Assembly: GCA_963737905.1 (NCBI GenBank)
Contig: CAVTUQ010000007.1
Span: 224,001 to 288,000 of the forward strand
Origin: an uncultured delta proteobacterium
GTDB lineage: Bacteria > Desulfobacterota > Binatia > UBA9968
Length of the DNA: 64,000 bases
Direction: 5' to 3'
The notes below the pieces were generated by a model, which did no database searches, was not told the DNA's origin, and saw nothing but the letters and a program-made list of their open reading frames with translations. The position numbers and the translations under genes were made by a program. Shown piece by piece: positions 30,052-40,670 of this stretch (its first letter is position 1; every line of letters begins with the position of its first letter).

Positions 30052-30078
30052 ATTCTGAAATTTCTCCAGCAACCTGTT

Positions 30079-30855
30079 ATGGAACGTTTACAGAAAATCT
30101 TGGCCCGCGCCGGGCTGGCTTCGCGCCGGGAAGCTGAACGATGGATTGTGGAGGGGCGGGTATCCGTCAACGGGACGGTCGTTTCCAAATTAGGCTCCCA
30201 GGCCGATCCCGCGAGAGACAGCATCAAAGTGGACGGCAAGCGAATCAGACCCGCCGCAGCGCCGCTCTATTTCGCATTCCATAAGCCGCCGGGAGTCATT
30301 ACCACTCTTAACGATCCGCAGAAACGTCCAGACCTCGCGCAGTTTATAGAAAAGTTGGGGCGCAAACAGAGAGTTTTTCCCGTGGGCCGGCTGGATTTCA
30401 ATTCCGCTGGGCTTTTGCTTTTGACCAATGACGGCGAACTGGCCCGGCGGCTCACCCATCCCCGCTTCGGCGTGAAAAAGGTTTACCGCGTAAAACTGAG
30501 CGATTGTCCGACCGAGGAGGCGTTTGCGCTGTTACGGAAAGGCATGCGATTGGAGGACGGGGTGACCGCTCCGGCGCGGGCGCGAGTCGTGGAGAGACTA
30601 AAAAAAAATGCCTGGGTGGAAATTGAATTACACGAGGGACGCAATCGTGAAGTTCGTCGCATTTTCGAGGCGCTGGGCTATTTCGTCGAAAAGCTGATCC
30701 GTGTGCGTGTCGGCCCGATATCCCTCGGTTTTTTGCGGCCCGGTGAAATCCGACCGCTTTCGCAAATCGAGATCGCGGCTTTGAAGGCTGCCGTCGGCCT
30801 TCTTGCGGCTCTCACGCCTAACCCCTCACGTGGGGGGCAAAGGGTGAGGCGTTAA
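30079..30855 (+). CDS. rluB: 23S rRNA pseudouridine synthase (RluB family)
   Basis: S4 'ERLQKILARAGLASRREAE', 'VGRLD', 'EGRNREVRR'. Confidence 0.9.
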   Translation: MERLQKILARAGLASRREAERWIVEGRVSVNGTVVSKLGSQADPARDSIKVDGKRIRPAAAPLYFAFHKPPGVITTLNDPQKRPDLAQFIEKLGRKQRVFPVGRLDFNSAGLLLLTNDGELARRLTHPRFGVKKVYRVKLSDCPTEEAFALLRKGMRLEDGVTAPARARVVERLKKNAWVEIELHEGRNREVRRIFEALGYFVEKLIRVRVGPISLGFLRPGEIRPLSQIEIAALKAAVGLLAALTPNPSRGGQRVRR

Positions 30856-30866
30856 GGGTACAGAAG

Positions 30867-32036
30867 TTAGTGACGCAGGCTGCAGAACTCTTCGTAGTCG
30901 ATGAGTTTGTGGATGGTGGGATGATCGCCGCACATCGGGCAGTTCGGATCACGCCGCAACTTCAGCGTATTGATCTCCATCGTCAAGGTGTTGAAGCACA
31001 GGAGCCGGCCGATCAATGTGTCGCCCTTGTCAAGAATCAGTTTAATCGCTTCCAAGGCTTCGATGACTCCGATCAGCCCGGGCAAAACGCCCAACACGCC
31101 CGCTTCAGCGCAACTGGGCGCCATTTCCGCCGGAGGGGGTTCAGGATAGAGGCACCGGTAGCAAGGCCCCTTGCCGGGATAGAAAACTGTCGCTTGACCT
31201 TCGAATTGAAAGATACTTCCGTGCACGTTCGGTTTGTTGGCCAGAATACAGGCATCATTGACCAGGTAGCGGGTCGGAAAGTTGTCGCAGCCATCGACGA
31301 TGATGTCGTAGTCTTTGATGATATCCATGATATTTGCGGACGTCAGCTTGTCTTGATAGGTGATGACATTGACGTCGGGGTTTAGCGCCTGCAGCGTCTG
31401 CTTGGCCGAGTCTACCTTCGGTTTCCCCACGCGATCGTTGGTGTGAAGAATCTGCCTTTGTAGGTTGGAAATATCCACCACGTCGTTGTCGATAATCCCC
31501 AGAGTGCCCACGCCCGCGGCAGCCAGATAGTAGGCGGAAGGGGACCCCAGGCCGCCGGCACCGACCATGAAGACTTTGGCTTGCAGGAGCTTGGCCTGTC
31601 CTTCTTCCCCTACCTCGGGCAGGAGAAAATGGCGGCTATAGCGAACCAGCTGTTCCGGGGTATATTGAAAATCCTGTACCCATCTGTAACCGGCGTTCTT
31701 CCACGCCCCATAGCCTCCAGCCATCGACGTGACGTTCTGATAACCCATTTCTCTTAGAGCCTTGCCGGCGATCAGCGATCGCACGCCGCCCGCACAGTAA
31801 GTGATTATGGGTGTATTCTTGTCGGGAACCGTGCTCTCCACCTTGATTTCGAGAAATCCGCGAGGCAGCGAAAGCGCCCCTTCCAGGTGCCCCTCGCGCC
31901 ACTCGTCTTTTTCGCGAACATCAAGGACTACATGAGACTTACCGTTGTTGGTCAAGAGATCATTGACTTGCTGAGCCGTCAGCTCAGGGATTTCCTTTCG
32001 CGCATCGGCCATGATGTCCTGAAAAGTCTTGGCCAT
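30867..32036 (-). CDS. moeB: Rhodanese + ThiF/MoeB adenylyltransferase
   Basis: N-terminal rhodanese 'YCAGGVRS'; 'RYSRHFLLPEVG', 'GAGGLG', 'SNLQRQ', CxxC pairs. Confidence 0.9.
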   Translation of the reverse strand: MAKTFQDIMADARKEIPELTAQQVNDLLTNNGKSHVVLDVREKDEWREGHLEGALSLPRGFLEIKVESTVPDKNTPIITYCAGGVRSLIAGKALREMGYQNVTSMAGGYGAWKNAGYRWVQDFQYTPEQLVRYSRHFLLPEVGEEGQAKLLQAKVFMVGAGGLGSPSAYYLAAAGVGTLGIIDNDVVDISNLQRQILHTNDRVGKPKVDSAKQTLQALNPDVNVITYQDKLTSANIMDIIKDYDIIVDGCDNFPTRYLVNDACILANKPNVHGSIFQFEGQATVFYPGKGPCYRCLYPEPPPAEMAPSCAEAGVLGVLPGLIGVIEALEAIKLILDKGDTLIGRLLCFNTLTMEINTLKLRRDPNCPMCGDHPTIHKLIDYEEFCSLRH

Positions 32037-32459
32037 GGTTTCCCCTCCCGCTCGATTAAGCTTCTAGACCTTAGAGGTCCAAGTTAAAACCGCCCCACCC
32101 GAAAGTCAAGTTGAGCTGAGTAAGTCAGAGAGGGTAGAAGAAGCCGCCGTATCCCTTGAAGCGGACTTCCAAAAGATGGACTCATCACCTTGGGTGATGG
32201 ATTTGAACGCGCCTCGCCCAAGGATTGTTCGTCGGCGATTTCGAGGCAAATTCTATCTAAGATATTCTCGCTGGCGATGGGAGTATCGGTTTGCAGTACC
32301 CCTTCGGCGGCCTTCCATGACTCGGTTGCGAGCGAACTGTCGTATAAACCAGAGGCCAATTCCAATAGCCCTCTGGCACGCTGAATGCCCGCGTTGTATC
32401 GTTTTATGGTCTTTCGAGGATCTCGCGCATCCCTCATGGTTTTCACGGGCAGCCACTTT

Positions 32460-33623
32460 TTAGTCGAGAAGCTTGCGCGCCAGCTCGGCCGACACTTCGC
32501 GCGTCTTGAGGATTTTTTCTTCCGACTGATTCTCGAGCTTTGTGTATTGGTCCATCGTAAGATTATCTTTAGCCGCAAAGACGCCGAACTCTTTTAACCA
32601 TTGCGTATCGACATCGAGGCGCCGGGTTGCTTGACCCATCGCTCGGGAATATGTTTCCTGTCCTTCCTGGCCGAGGAACCAGTTGACGAACACTTTGGCC
32701 GCGTTGGGATGAGGAGCGCCTTTGATGATCGCCACGTTGCCGCTGCCGCCGCTCACGTAAATCTCGTCGCGAGGAGTGGGAACCGATTTCACGGGCAGTC
32801 CGGCTTTGGCAAACGGAAGAAAAGAATAATAACTAAGGCCGACGCTTAGCGCGATCTTTCCTTTGGCCAGACTTTCCGCCAAGACCCGCTGATCCCGGCT
32901 GAGGAACAGCTTCTGGCCCGCCAGCTTCTTCAAGTAGTCCTCCCCCTTGAGCTTCCAGAGAAAAGACCACATCGAGGCGCCCGCGCCGGGAGTGCGCGGA
33001 TCGAGGTAGCCGATCTTGCCGGACCATTTGGGATTCACTAGATCGTTCAAGGAACGAACCTCGCCGGCCTTCACATAATCCGTGTTGCACCAAATGAGTT
33101 CGACTTGATAAGCCTGGGAGGCGTAAATGTAACGCTTCGCATTGTCCAGCCAGATATGCCCGCCCCACCAGTTGTTCGGGTCTTTGATTTCCTTGAGCAT
33201 CATCGCCGGTTCGAGGGGAGCTAAAATACCTTCGGACAGAAGTCCCGTGATCATCGATTCGCCGCCGCCCATGTGGAGATCAAAGCCGGGGACACCGGAC
33301 TTCGATTCCTGCTGGATTTTCCCGACGAGGGAAGCGGCTCTGCCGAGGTTGAGTTCGGCCTCGATACCGAAGCGCTCCTTGAAAACCTTCTCTATGCCTC
33401 TTCTCAGCTCGGTGCTGGCCGGAACAGAGACGACCACCTTGCCTTCCTTCTTGGCCGCCTCTACCGCTCTTTCCCATTCGACGGGCGAGGATGGTTTTGC
33501 CTCCCCGGCGTGTAACTGTCCCGCTCCGAGCAGGGCGAAGTAAGCCAATCCACCGAGCCATGGGAAGATTCGTAATCGGAGGTACAACTTTCTTGCGCCC
33601 CCTTTGTGGTTAAAAGTCGACAT
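32460..33623 (-). CDS. ABC transporter extracellular solute-binding protein (Fe/thiamine-like)
   Basis: 'AAKKEGKVVV', 'APHPNAAKVFVNWFLG.EGQ'. Confidence 0.8.
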   Translation of the reverse strand: MSTFNHKGGARKLYLRLRIFPWLGGLAYFALLGAGQLHAGEAKPSSPVEWERAVEAAKKEGKVVVSVPASTELRRGIEKVFKERFGIEAELNLGRAASLVGKIQQESKSGVPGFDLHMGGGESMITGLLSEGILAPLEPAMMLKEIKDPNNWWGGHIWLDNAKRYIYASQAYQVELIWCNTDYVKAGEVRSLNDLVNPKWSGKIGYLDPRTPGAGASMWSFLWKLKGEDYLKKLAGQKLFLSRDQRVLAESLAKGKIALSVGLSYYSFLPFAKAGLPVKSVPTPRDEIYVSGGSGNVAIIKGAPHPNAAKVFVNWFLGQEGQETYSRAMGQATRRLDVDTQWLKEFGVFAAKDNLTMDQYTKLENQSEEKILKTREVSAELARKLLD

Positions 33624-33962
33624 TGCTTGACATATAAATCCGCTAGCGATACCAAGTCAAGGTTCGAGCGCTATTGCACTATTGACGATCGTCTGTCGTT
33701 GCGAACGGAAGGATCTGCCCCATGGGTAACATCTCGACGACGAACGAATCCGATTCCGAAGTTTGGAAGCGTATTTCAAGAAATACCCGGAAGTTCCCAA
33801 GGAGACGATTCTCAAGCAGCATCTCTTAAGCCTCGGGTGAATAGGGCGAAAGACGAGGGCAACGTCGCGGCGGACTACTTTTTGACAGGCCCGGCTTGTC
33901 CTGCCTACGCAATTGCGGTCGAACCATTACGAGCAAATCATAAATTGAACGCCTGGGCCAAT

Positions 33963-34811
33963 TTATCTTCCCTTTGGATTCAACAAATCGCTCAACGCGT
34001 TACCCAGGTTATTAAACGCGAGGATGGTCAGGAAGATAGCCGCCGCCGGAAAGAAGAGGATGTGCGGGTAGGAGCGCATTGCGCGCCAGCCGTCCTGCGC
34101 AAGCGAGCCCCAACTGGTCCCCCAGGGGCTGTAAGGATCGTTGATGCCGAGGCCGATGAAACTCACGGTAGATTCGGCGAGAATGGCCGCCGGAATACTG
34201 AAGGTCAGGGTCACAATGATCGGGCCAAGGATGTTGGGTAAGATGTGCCGCAGGAGGATCCGTCGCCGCGTAGCACCCATAGCCCGGGCGCCTTCGACAA
34301 ACAGGAATCCTTTGGCCTGGAGTACTTGACCGCGGGCGATGCGGGCGAAGCGCACCCAGGAAACGAGTCCAAGCGCGACCAGCAGCCCGCCGATGTTTCT
34401 GCCGAAGAGAAGCGATAGCAGAATAAAGATCAGCATGTCGGGAAGGCCGTAAAAGACATCCACAACCCGCATCATCAAATGATCCAGATTCCCTCCTCTG
34501 AAGCCGGAAACCAGCCCATAGGCCGTGCCGATGATAAGCGCGATCAAAGCCGTACCGATTCCCACAACCATCGACACGCGAGCCCCATATAGAATTCGCG
34601 TCAGTAGGTCTCGTCCGAGGCCATCCGTTCCCATCAGGTGCGCCCAAGTCGGCGTCTCGAGGATACGTTTCTCCTCGAATCCGCCAGTGCCGTAGGGCGA
34701 GATCCAGGGCGCCAGGAAACCGGAAGCCGCTACGGCTACGATAAATACGAGGCTGCAAAGAAGTAGAGGGTCCCGACTAGGACCGCTCGCCTGCTGATTT
34801 GCCGAAACCAT
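33963..34811 (-). CDS. oppC: Oligopeptide ABC permease
   Basis: 'HLMGTDGLGRD', 'FVEGARAMGA...HILPN'. Confidence 0.9.
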   Translation of the reverse strand: MVSANQQASGPSRDPLLLCSLVFIVAVAASGFLAPWISPYGTGGFEEKRILETPTWAHLMGTDGLGRDLLTRILYGARVSMVVGIGTALIALIIGTAYGLVSGFRGGNLDHLMMRVVDVFYGLPDMLIFILLSLLFGRNIGGLLVALGLVSWVRFARIARGQVLQAKGFLFVEGARAMGATRRRILLRHILPNILGPIIVTLTFSIPAAILAESTVSFIGLGINDPYSPWGTSWGSLAQDGWRAMRSYPHILFFPAAAIFLTILAFNNLGNALSDLLNPKGR

Positions 34812-34813
34812 GC

Positions 34814-35731
34814 TCAGTAAAACCCTATTCTGGGGTCGACGCAGGTATAGAAGAGATCGACCAGGAAGTTGGCGGCAACCAAAAGCGCCGTATAGACCAA
34901 TGTCACTCCCATAATCAGGGGATAATCACGATCGGTCACTGCCGTGATGAAGAAGCGACCCATGCCCGGGATCGCAAATACATACTCGACGACAAACGAG
35001 CCGGTCAGTAACGTCGCCGCCAGCGGTCCCATGACCGTGAGCACCGGCAGCAATGAATTTCGCAAAGCATGCTTGAACAATACAGCGCTTTCTCGCAAGC
35101 CTTTGGCGCGCGCCGTTCGGATGAAGTCTTCGCCGAGAGCTTCGATCAGCGTCGATCGAAGCAACGTAGCGATGTAGGCTGCCGGCGCTGCGCCCAAGGT
35201 AATCGTCGGCAAGAACATGCTGGCGACATTGTCCCAGCGTCCCGCTTGGAGCCAACCCAGCTGCAGCGCAAACAGCCAGATCAGCAAAGCGCCGAGAATG
35301 AAGTGGGGCACCGAAATCCCCAACGTCACGGTCAACAGGGAGAATCGGTCGACCCACGAATTGCGAAAATAAGCGGCTATTAGACCCACTGGAAACGAGA
35401 CCATCAGGGCGAAGACCAGGGCGAGGAGGCCCAGGAGCGCCGACGTCGGCAAAGTTTCCGAGATGATCTCCCTCACCCCGCGGTCGAGATATTTATAGGA
35501 CGGTCCGAAATCAAGGTGAAGAATTCCCGAGAGATAACGCAGATACTGCATAAGGAGCGGCTCATCGAGATGATACTTGGCTTCGATATTCGCCAACACT
35601 TCAGGCGGGAGCTTGCGCTCGCTGTCAAAAGGGCCGCCAGGGGCAAGGCGCAGGAGAATAAATGTCAGCGTCGCTACAACCCAAATAACGGCAAGTCCAT
35701 GGAGCAGCCGTTTCAAGAGAAACATGAGCAT
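34814..35731 (-). CDS. oppB: Oligopeptide ABC permease
   Basis: 'APGGPFD.ER', 'FIRTARAKGL', 'RDYPLIMG'. Confidence 0.92.
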   Translation of the reverse strand: MLMFLLKRLLHGLAVIWVVATLTFILLRLAPGGPFDSERKLPPEVLANIEAKYHLDEPLLMQYLRYLSGILHLDFGPSYKYLDRGVREIISETLPTSALLGLLALVFALMVSFPVGLIAAYFRNSWVDRFSLLTVTLGISVPHFILGALLIWLFALQLGWLQAGRWDNVASMFLPTITLGAAPAAYIATLLRSTLIEALGEDFIRTARAKGLRESAVLFKHALRNSLLPVLTVMGPLAATLLTGSFVVEYVFAIPGMGRFFITAVTDRDYPLIMGVTLVYTALLVAANFLVDLFYTCVDPRIGFY

Positions 35732-35802
35732 TTTTGCCCGCTCACAACATTCGTTTGCACAGAGGAGGGAACATGAGGGCGAGGGAGAAGTGAGTTCAGT
35801 TC

Positions 35803-37170
35803 CTAACCGCCATGAGACGCGGAGTATTGTTCGAGTTTTTTCTCAAGCCAGCGGGTATTCACCCTGCCGTTTATGTAGTCGCCATCATCGATAACCGTTT
35901 GAAGAAAAGGGATGCCCGTGTCGATGCCTTGAATCTGAAACGAGGCCAAGGCCTGCCTTGTACGGGCGGCGGCTTCGGTGCGATCCCCGCCATGGGCGAT
36001 CATCTTTGCCAGAAGTGAATCGTAAAAGGGCGGCACGGAGTAACCCGAATAGCAGTGGGTATCCACCCGAATGCCGGTGCCTTCCGGCGCCTGCCACCTG
36101 GCGATGCGCCCCGGACAAGGGCGAAATCCATGTTGCGGCGACTCGGCGTTAATGCGGCATTCGATGGCGTGACCGAAAAAGCGAACATCGGATTGCTTAA
36201 ACGGCAGAGGCTCGCCGCGCGCGATCCGCAGTTGCTGCGCCACGAGGTCCACCCCGGTAATCATCTCGGTCACGGGATGTTCGACCTGGATGCGCGTATT
36301 CATTTCCAGAAAGAAAAACTTGTTGGTGTCGTTGTCAAAGATAAACTCCACCGTGCCGGCATTTTGATAACCGATACTTCGCGCCAAGGTAGCCGCGGCG
36401 TGACAGATTTGATCGCGGACTTGTTTTGACACGGCGTAAGCCGGAGCTTCCTCGATGATTTTTTGATGGCGCCGTTGCAGGGAACAGTCGCGCTCGCCCA
36501 GGTGAATAACGTTGCCGGATCGGTCTCCCAGGACCTGGACTTCAACGTGTCTGGCATTACCGATGTATCGTTCCATGTAAAGCGTATCGTTGCCGAACGC
36601 CGCGCGGGCTTCGGCGGCAGCGGTGCTGAACGTGGTTGGCATTTCAGTCGGATTCCAAACGAGCTTGATCCCCCGGCCACCGCCGCCGGCGGAGGCCTTG
36701 AGCAGCACCGGATAGCCGATTTTTTCCGCCTGAGCGGCGGCTTCGCGAGAATTTTTGGCCTGATCAGACCCGGGTACCGTTGGTACGCCGCAGGAAATTG
36801 CGATTCTGCGCGCTTCCAGCTTGTCGCCCATGTTGGTGATGTTCTCAGGGCTAGGGCCGACGAAGGTAATCTTGTTATCGGCGCAGGCCTGTGCAAGCTC
36901 GGCTCTCTCGGATAAAAAACCATAACCGGGATGCAGGGCATCGCAGGCCGTGCTCTGCGCAGCCGCCACCAACGTCCCGGTTTTGAGGTAGCTATCGGAT
37001 GAACGCGGCGGTCCGATGCAAACCGCGCGGTTGGCCATTTTTGCCGCGAGACTCTCCCGGTCCGCTTCGGAGATTGCGGCGACAGTTTCAATCCCCAGAC
37101 TTTGACAGGCTCGAATGATGCGGACAGCGATCTCGCCCCGGTTGGCGACCAATACCCGGGTCACCTTCAT
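35803..37170 (-). CDS. accC: Biotin carboxylase
   Basis: 'LVANRGEIA', 'HPGYGFLSE', 'ERDCSLQRRHQK', 'EMNTRIQVEH'. Confidence 0.92.
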   Translation of the reverse strand: MKVTRVLVANRGEIAVRIIRACQSLGIETVAAISEADRESLAAKMANRAVCIGPPRSSDSYLKTGTLVAAAQSTACDALHPGYGFLSERAELAQACADNKITFVGPSPENITNMGDKLEARRIAISCGVPTVPGSDQAKNSREAAAQAEKIGYPVLLKASAGGGGRGIKLVWNPTEMPTTFSTAAAEARAAFGNDTLYMERYIGNARHVEVQVLGDRSGNVIHLGERDCSLQRRHQKIIEEAPAYAVSKQVRDQICHAAATLARSIGYQNAGTVEFIFDNDTNKFFFLEMNTRIQVEHPVTEMITGVDLVAQQLRIARGEPLPFKQSDVRFFGHAIECRINAESPQHGFRPCPGRIARWQAPEGTGIRVDTHCYSGYSVPPFYDSLLAKMIAHGGDRTEAAARTRQALASFQIQGIDTGIPFLQTVIDDGDYINGRVNTRWLEKKLEQYSASHGG

Positions 37171-37670
37171 GGTTTTACGAGAAAAAGCGTCTGCCCGTAT
37201 TCGACAAACTGGCCGTTTTGGGCAACCACCTGAGCCACTGTTCCCTTCACACTGGCCCGCACGCTACTGAAGACTTTCATCACCTCGATGAGCCCGACGG
37301 TGGTATCTTCGGTGATCGCTGTACCCACTTGCACGAAGGGGGGCGCCCCGGGTTCAGGCGCGATGTAGAACGTGCCAAGCAGCGGAGCCGTAATCGGCAA
37401 GAGTCCCTCCGCTGCCGCTTTGGCGTCGATGTCGGAGGCGGCGCTCCGCGGAGGAGGGGCCGCCACGGCAGGCGTTGCTTTCGGCATTTCTAACGCGGCG
37501 GGGCCGGGAGAGTGCGCTGCCGGGGCGCTCCGGGCCGAGGAAGAAAGCGGAATGGGTTCGCCCTTACTCACTGTGATCTTGAGCTCGCCCACTTCAAGCT
37601 GAAAGTAGTCGAATTTGGATTCATCAATTAACTTGAGTATGTGAAGCACGTCGTCTTCGGTGAGTTCCAT
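37167..37670 (-). CDS. accB: Biotin carboxyl carrier protein
   Basis: 'APLLGTFY.AP', 'EVMK' biotinylation motif. Confidence 0.9.
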   Translation of the reverse strand: MELTEDDVLHILKLIDESKFDYFQLEVGELKITVSKGEPIPLSSSARSAPAAHSPGPAALEMPKATPAVAAPPPRSAASDIDAKAAAEGLLPITAPLLGTFYIAPEPGAPPFVQVGTAITEDTTVGLIEVMKVFSSVRASVKGTVAQVVAQNGQFVEYGQTLFLVKP

Positions 37671-37786
37671 ATCCTCGCCCTTCCCAGATGTTTTGAGAGT
37701 GTCAGGGGCGTTGACGTATCTGCCCCTGATTGGGAACTCACATTATGTGATTTCAGAGTTCATGGCAAATAGACTACGGAGGAAAT

Positions 37787-39400
37787 TCACTGCGGGTTCG
37801 TTGGTTCCACCGGTCGCACGTTGTGCAAATCCAAGCGGCCCATGGAATTCATCTCTAAACCGGTGAAATGCGGGTTCAGAACGGTGCTCTCGGTGCGCCA
37901 ATACAGCGGCACCATCGGAAGATCGGTTTCGCAGAGAATCCTCTGCGCTTCATCGTAGAGTTTGACACGCTTCTTGACTTCGAACTCGCGGGCGGCGTTC
38001 TCCGCCAGCCGGTCATATCGGTTGTTCTTCCAACGCAGGTGGTTGTTACCGCTGTCGGCGGTGAAAAGCTTCATGAAGTTGTCGGGGTCGGGGTAGTCGG
38101 CGCCCCAACCGTCGCGAAACACGGGAAAGGGATCATTCTGCAGCTTCCTGAGATAGACTTTCCATTCCTGATTCTCCAATCCGACGACAACCCCCAGATT
38201 TCTCTGCCACATTCCCTGCACCGCTTCGGCCACCAACTTTCGATCTTCCTCGGTATCATAGCCCAGGACAATGCGCGGAAATCCTTTGCCTTCCGGGTAG
38301 CCGGCCTCGCGCAGGAGCCGGCGTGCCTCGGGCGGATTGAAGTGAAGGCCGATTTTCGGGTTGTGCGCAAGCATCCCGGGGGGTATCCAAGAGGAAGCCG
38401 GCTCCTCTCCCCCGTGAAGAATTTTTGGAAAGACGCTCCGGTCGATGGCCATGGCAAAGGCTTTCCTGACTCGCGGATCATCGAAAGGTTTTCGATCAAC
38501 GGCAAATCCGTAATACTCGCCGCGCAGCTGCGGCACCCGTTTAAACCCGCGCTGTTTGGATAAACGGCTTTTTTCCAATGCCGGGATGCTATGATCGTCG
38601 AGGAAGTCCAACTGACCTTGTTCGTACATCGCAACGGCGGTGGTTTTCTCCTTGACCATCAACATCGTAACTTTGTCGATGGCCGGCTTGGCGCGAAAGT
38701 AATTTGGGTTGGCTTTCAGCTCGATCTCATTCTCATGCTTCCAAGATGACAGGAGAAACGGTCCGTTGGTCACGATATTTTTGGGGTCGGTCCAGCGGGA
38801 ATCAAATTTCTCAATAATGTCCTGTCGCTGGGGAAAAGTGGTTTCAAATGTGGTGATGGCCAAAAAATAAGAAGCCGGGTAGCGCAGTCGGACCACGAGA
38901 GTAAAATCATCCAGCGCCTGGACGCCGACGGCGCTCGCATCGGTCAGTTGACCTTCGTGGTACTCCTGGGCGTTTTCAATGTCGAACAAGATGTAGGCGT
39001 ATTGGGAGGCGGTTTTGGGGTCGAGGAGCCTCTTCCAGGAATACTCGAAATCCTGGCCGCGGACTTTCTTACCGTCGCTCCAGAAAACGTCGTCGCGCAG
39101 ATGAAAAACAAGCTTTCGCCCGCCATCGAGGATATCCCAGGACTTTGCGACCACCGGCGCCGGTTTGAGCTGCTTGTCAAATTCCGTCAGTCCAACCATC
39201 AGGTTGGCGATGACATTGAAAGAAACATGGTCCGTCGCCAAAGACCAGTCGAGACTGGGCGGCTCGGTGCTGAGATTGACGCGGAAATTCTTTCCCGGGT
39301 TGCCGCCTTTCGAACCGGTTTCGCAGGCGGCACAAAAGAACAGCAGAATGAGCGCAGACAGTCGCCAGCCGCTCGATATTTTGTTCTGTAGAAAAAACAA
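37787..39400 (-). CDS. oppA: Oligopeptide ABC substrate-binding lipoprotein
   Basis: 'EPPSLD', 'FWSDGKKV...DFEYSWKRL', 'GWGADYPDPDNF'; start uncertain. Confidence 0.9.
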   Translation of the reverse strand: MFFLQNKISSGWRLSALILLFFCAACETGSKGGNPGKNFRVNLSTEPPSLDWSLATDHVSFNVIANLMVGLTEFDKQLKPAPVVAKSWDILDGGRKLVFHLRDDVFWSDGKKVRGQDFEYSWKRLLDPKTASQYAYILFDIENAQEYHEGQLTDASAVGVQALDDFTLVVRLRYPASYFLAITTFETTFPQRQDIIEKFDSRWTDPKNIVTNGPFLLSSWKHENEIELKANPNYFRAKPAIDKVTMLMVKEKTTAVAMYEQGQLDFLDDHSIPALEKSRLSKQRGFKRVPQLRGEYYGFAVDRKPFDDPRVRKAFAMAIDRSVFPKILHGGEEPASSWIPPGMLAHNPKIGLHFNPPEARRLLREAGYPEGKGFPRIVLGYDTEEDRKLVAEAVQGMWQRNLGVVVGLENQEWKVYLRKLQNDPFPVFRDGWGADYPDPDNFMKLFTADSGNNHLRWKNNRYDRLAENAAREFEVKKRVKLYDEAQRILCETDLPMVPLYWRTESTVLNPHFTGLEMNSMGRLDLHNVRPVEPTNPQ

Positions 39401-39471
39401 GAGGTGCTTGCTTATAAGGAACTTTGTAAATATTAGTAGCTAGCTGACAGCTAACCGGAAAGGATTATAAC

Positions 39472-40503
39472 ATGGACGGAAAGGAAATGTTGCAAAAGTA
39501 TGTCGTGGTGGAGGGGCATCGCGATGTCTATGAACAGCTCTACCGTTCATCCATCGGCGAAAAATCGCCCATTCGGGACGGCATCGCGCCCCGATTGATC
39601 CGCGACGGCATCAATGTCTGCGTTTATGCTATTAGCGGCGACTCTTACTCCCACTCGCAGAATACCGGCCGTTACTTAGAGACCGCCCTCGATCAGATCG
39701 ATCAGTTTTTGGAGGAGGCGCCGCGCTCCGAAGGGATGATCCAGATGGTCAAGACCCGTGATGACCTGCCCGATAAGGTCGAGCCGGGCACCGTCAAGTT
39801 TTTGCTCCACTTCGAAGGCTGCATGTCTTTGCGCGGCAGCATCCATAATCTAAGAAATTTCTATCGTCTCGGCCTACGGTCCCTGCAACCCGTTTGGAAT
39901 TTTCGCAACGAGCTCGGCGATGGCGTATGGGAAAACCGCACCGGAGGCGGCCTCACGAATTTCGGCGTCGAAGTCATCAGAGAAGCAAATCGGTTGGGTA
40001 TGGTCGTGGATCTCTCACACATGAATCGCGAAGGGTTCTTCCAAACGTTAGAGGTTGCAACGGCTCCGCTCCTCGTCAGCCACGCCAACGCGTGCGGCAT
40101 GCTCGACAACCCGCGCAATCTGGCGGACGATCAGATCAAAGCCATCGCGGATCAAGGCGGGTTGGTGGGCATCCTGGCTTTGCCGGAGCGCGTCGCGAAA
40201 GGAGAAGTCGCAATCGACGATATGTTGAAGCATATGGACTACATGATCAATCTCGTCGGCATCGAGCATCTCGCCCTGGGCATGGACTTCGTCAAATACG
40301 ACGGGCCGCGCACCCTCAAAGATCGCCACCATCCGTTACACAAAGATCCGCTGATCAAAGGCTTCGAGGAGATCGAAGATCTGCCCAATCTAATCGACGG
40401 CCTGCAGAAACATGGCTACAAGGAAGAGGAAATCGCCCTCATTCTCGGCGGCAATTACCTGCGTGTCCTGAAAACCATTTTGCCTGAGCAATCGGTGGTT
40501 TAA
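39472..40503 (+). CDS. Membrane dipeptidase (M19) family
   Basis: 'EGHRD', 'GLTNFG..VI.E.NRLGMVVDLSH', 'SHAN', 'HLALGMDF'. Confidence 0.88.
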   Translation: MDGKEMLQKYVVVEGHRDVYEQLYRSSIGEKSPIRDGIAPRLIRDGINVCVYAISGDSYSHSQNTGRYLETALDQIDQFLEEAPRSEGMIQMVKTRDDLPDKVEPGTVKFLLHFEGCMSLRGSIHNLRNFYRLGLRSLQPVWNFRNELGDGVWENRTGGGLTNFGVEVIREANRLGMVVDLSHMNREGFFQTLEVATAPLLVSHANACGMLDNPRNLADDQIKAIADQGGLVGILALPERVAKGEVAIDDMLKHMDYMINLVGIEHLALGMDFVKYDGPRTLKDRHHPLHKDPLIKGFEEIEDLPNLIDGLQKHGYKEEEIALILGGNYLRVLKTILPEQSVV

Positions 40504-40670
40504 CTCTGATATTTGGTGGGCGCGTAGGGATCACACCATAGCACAAGTTGTTCCTAAACAATAAAATTCGAGAGTTTCACTCACGCAACGCAATTGTCCC
40601 TATCAGAGGCCGGTCTCAAACCGTTCGGGCGTCTGCCATCAAAATAAACCAATACCTACGGAGCACATTG

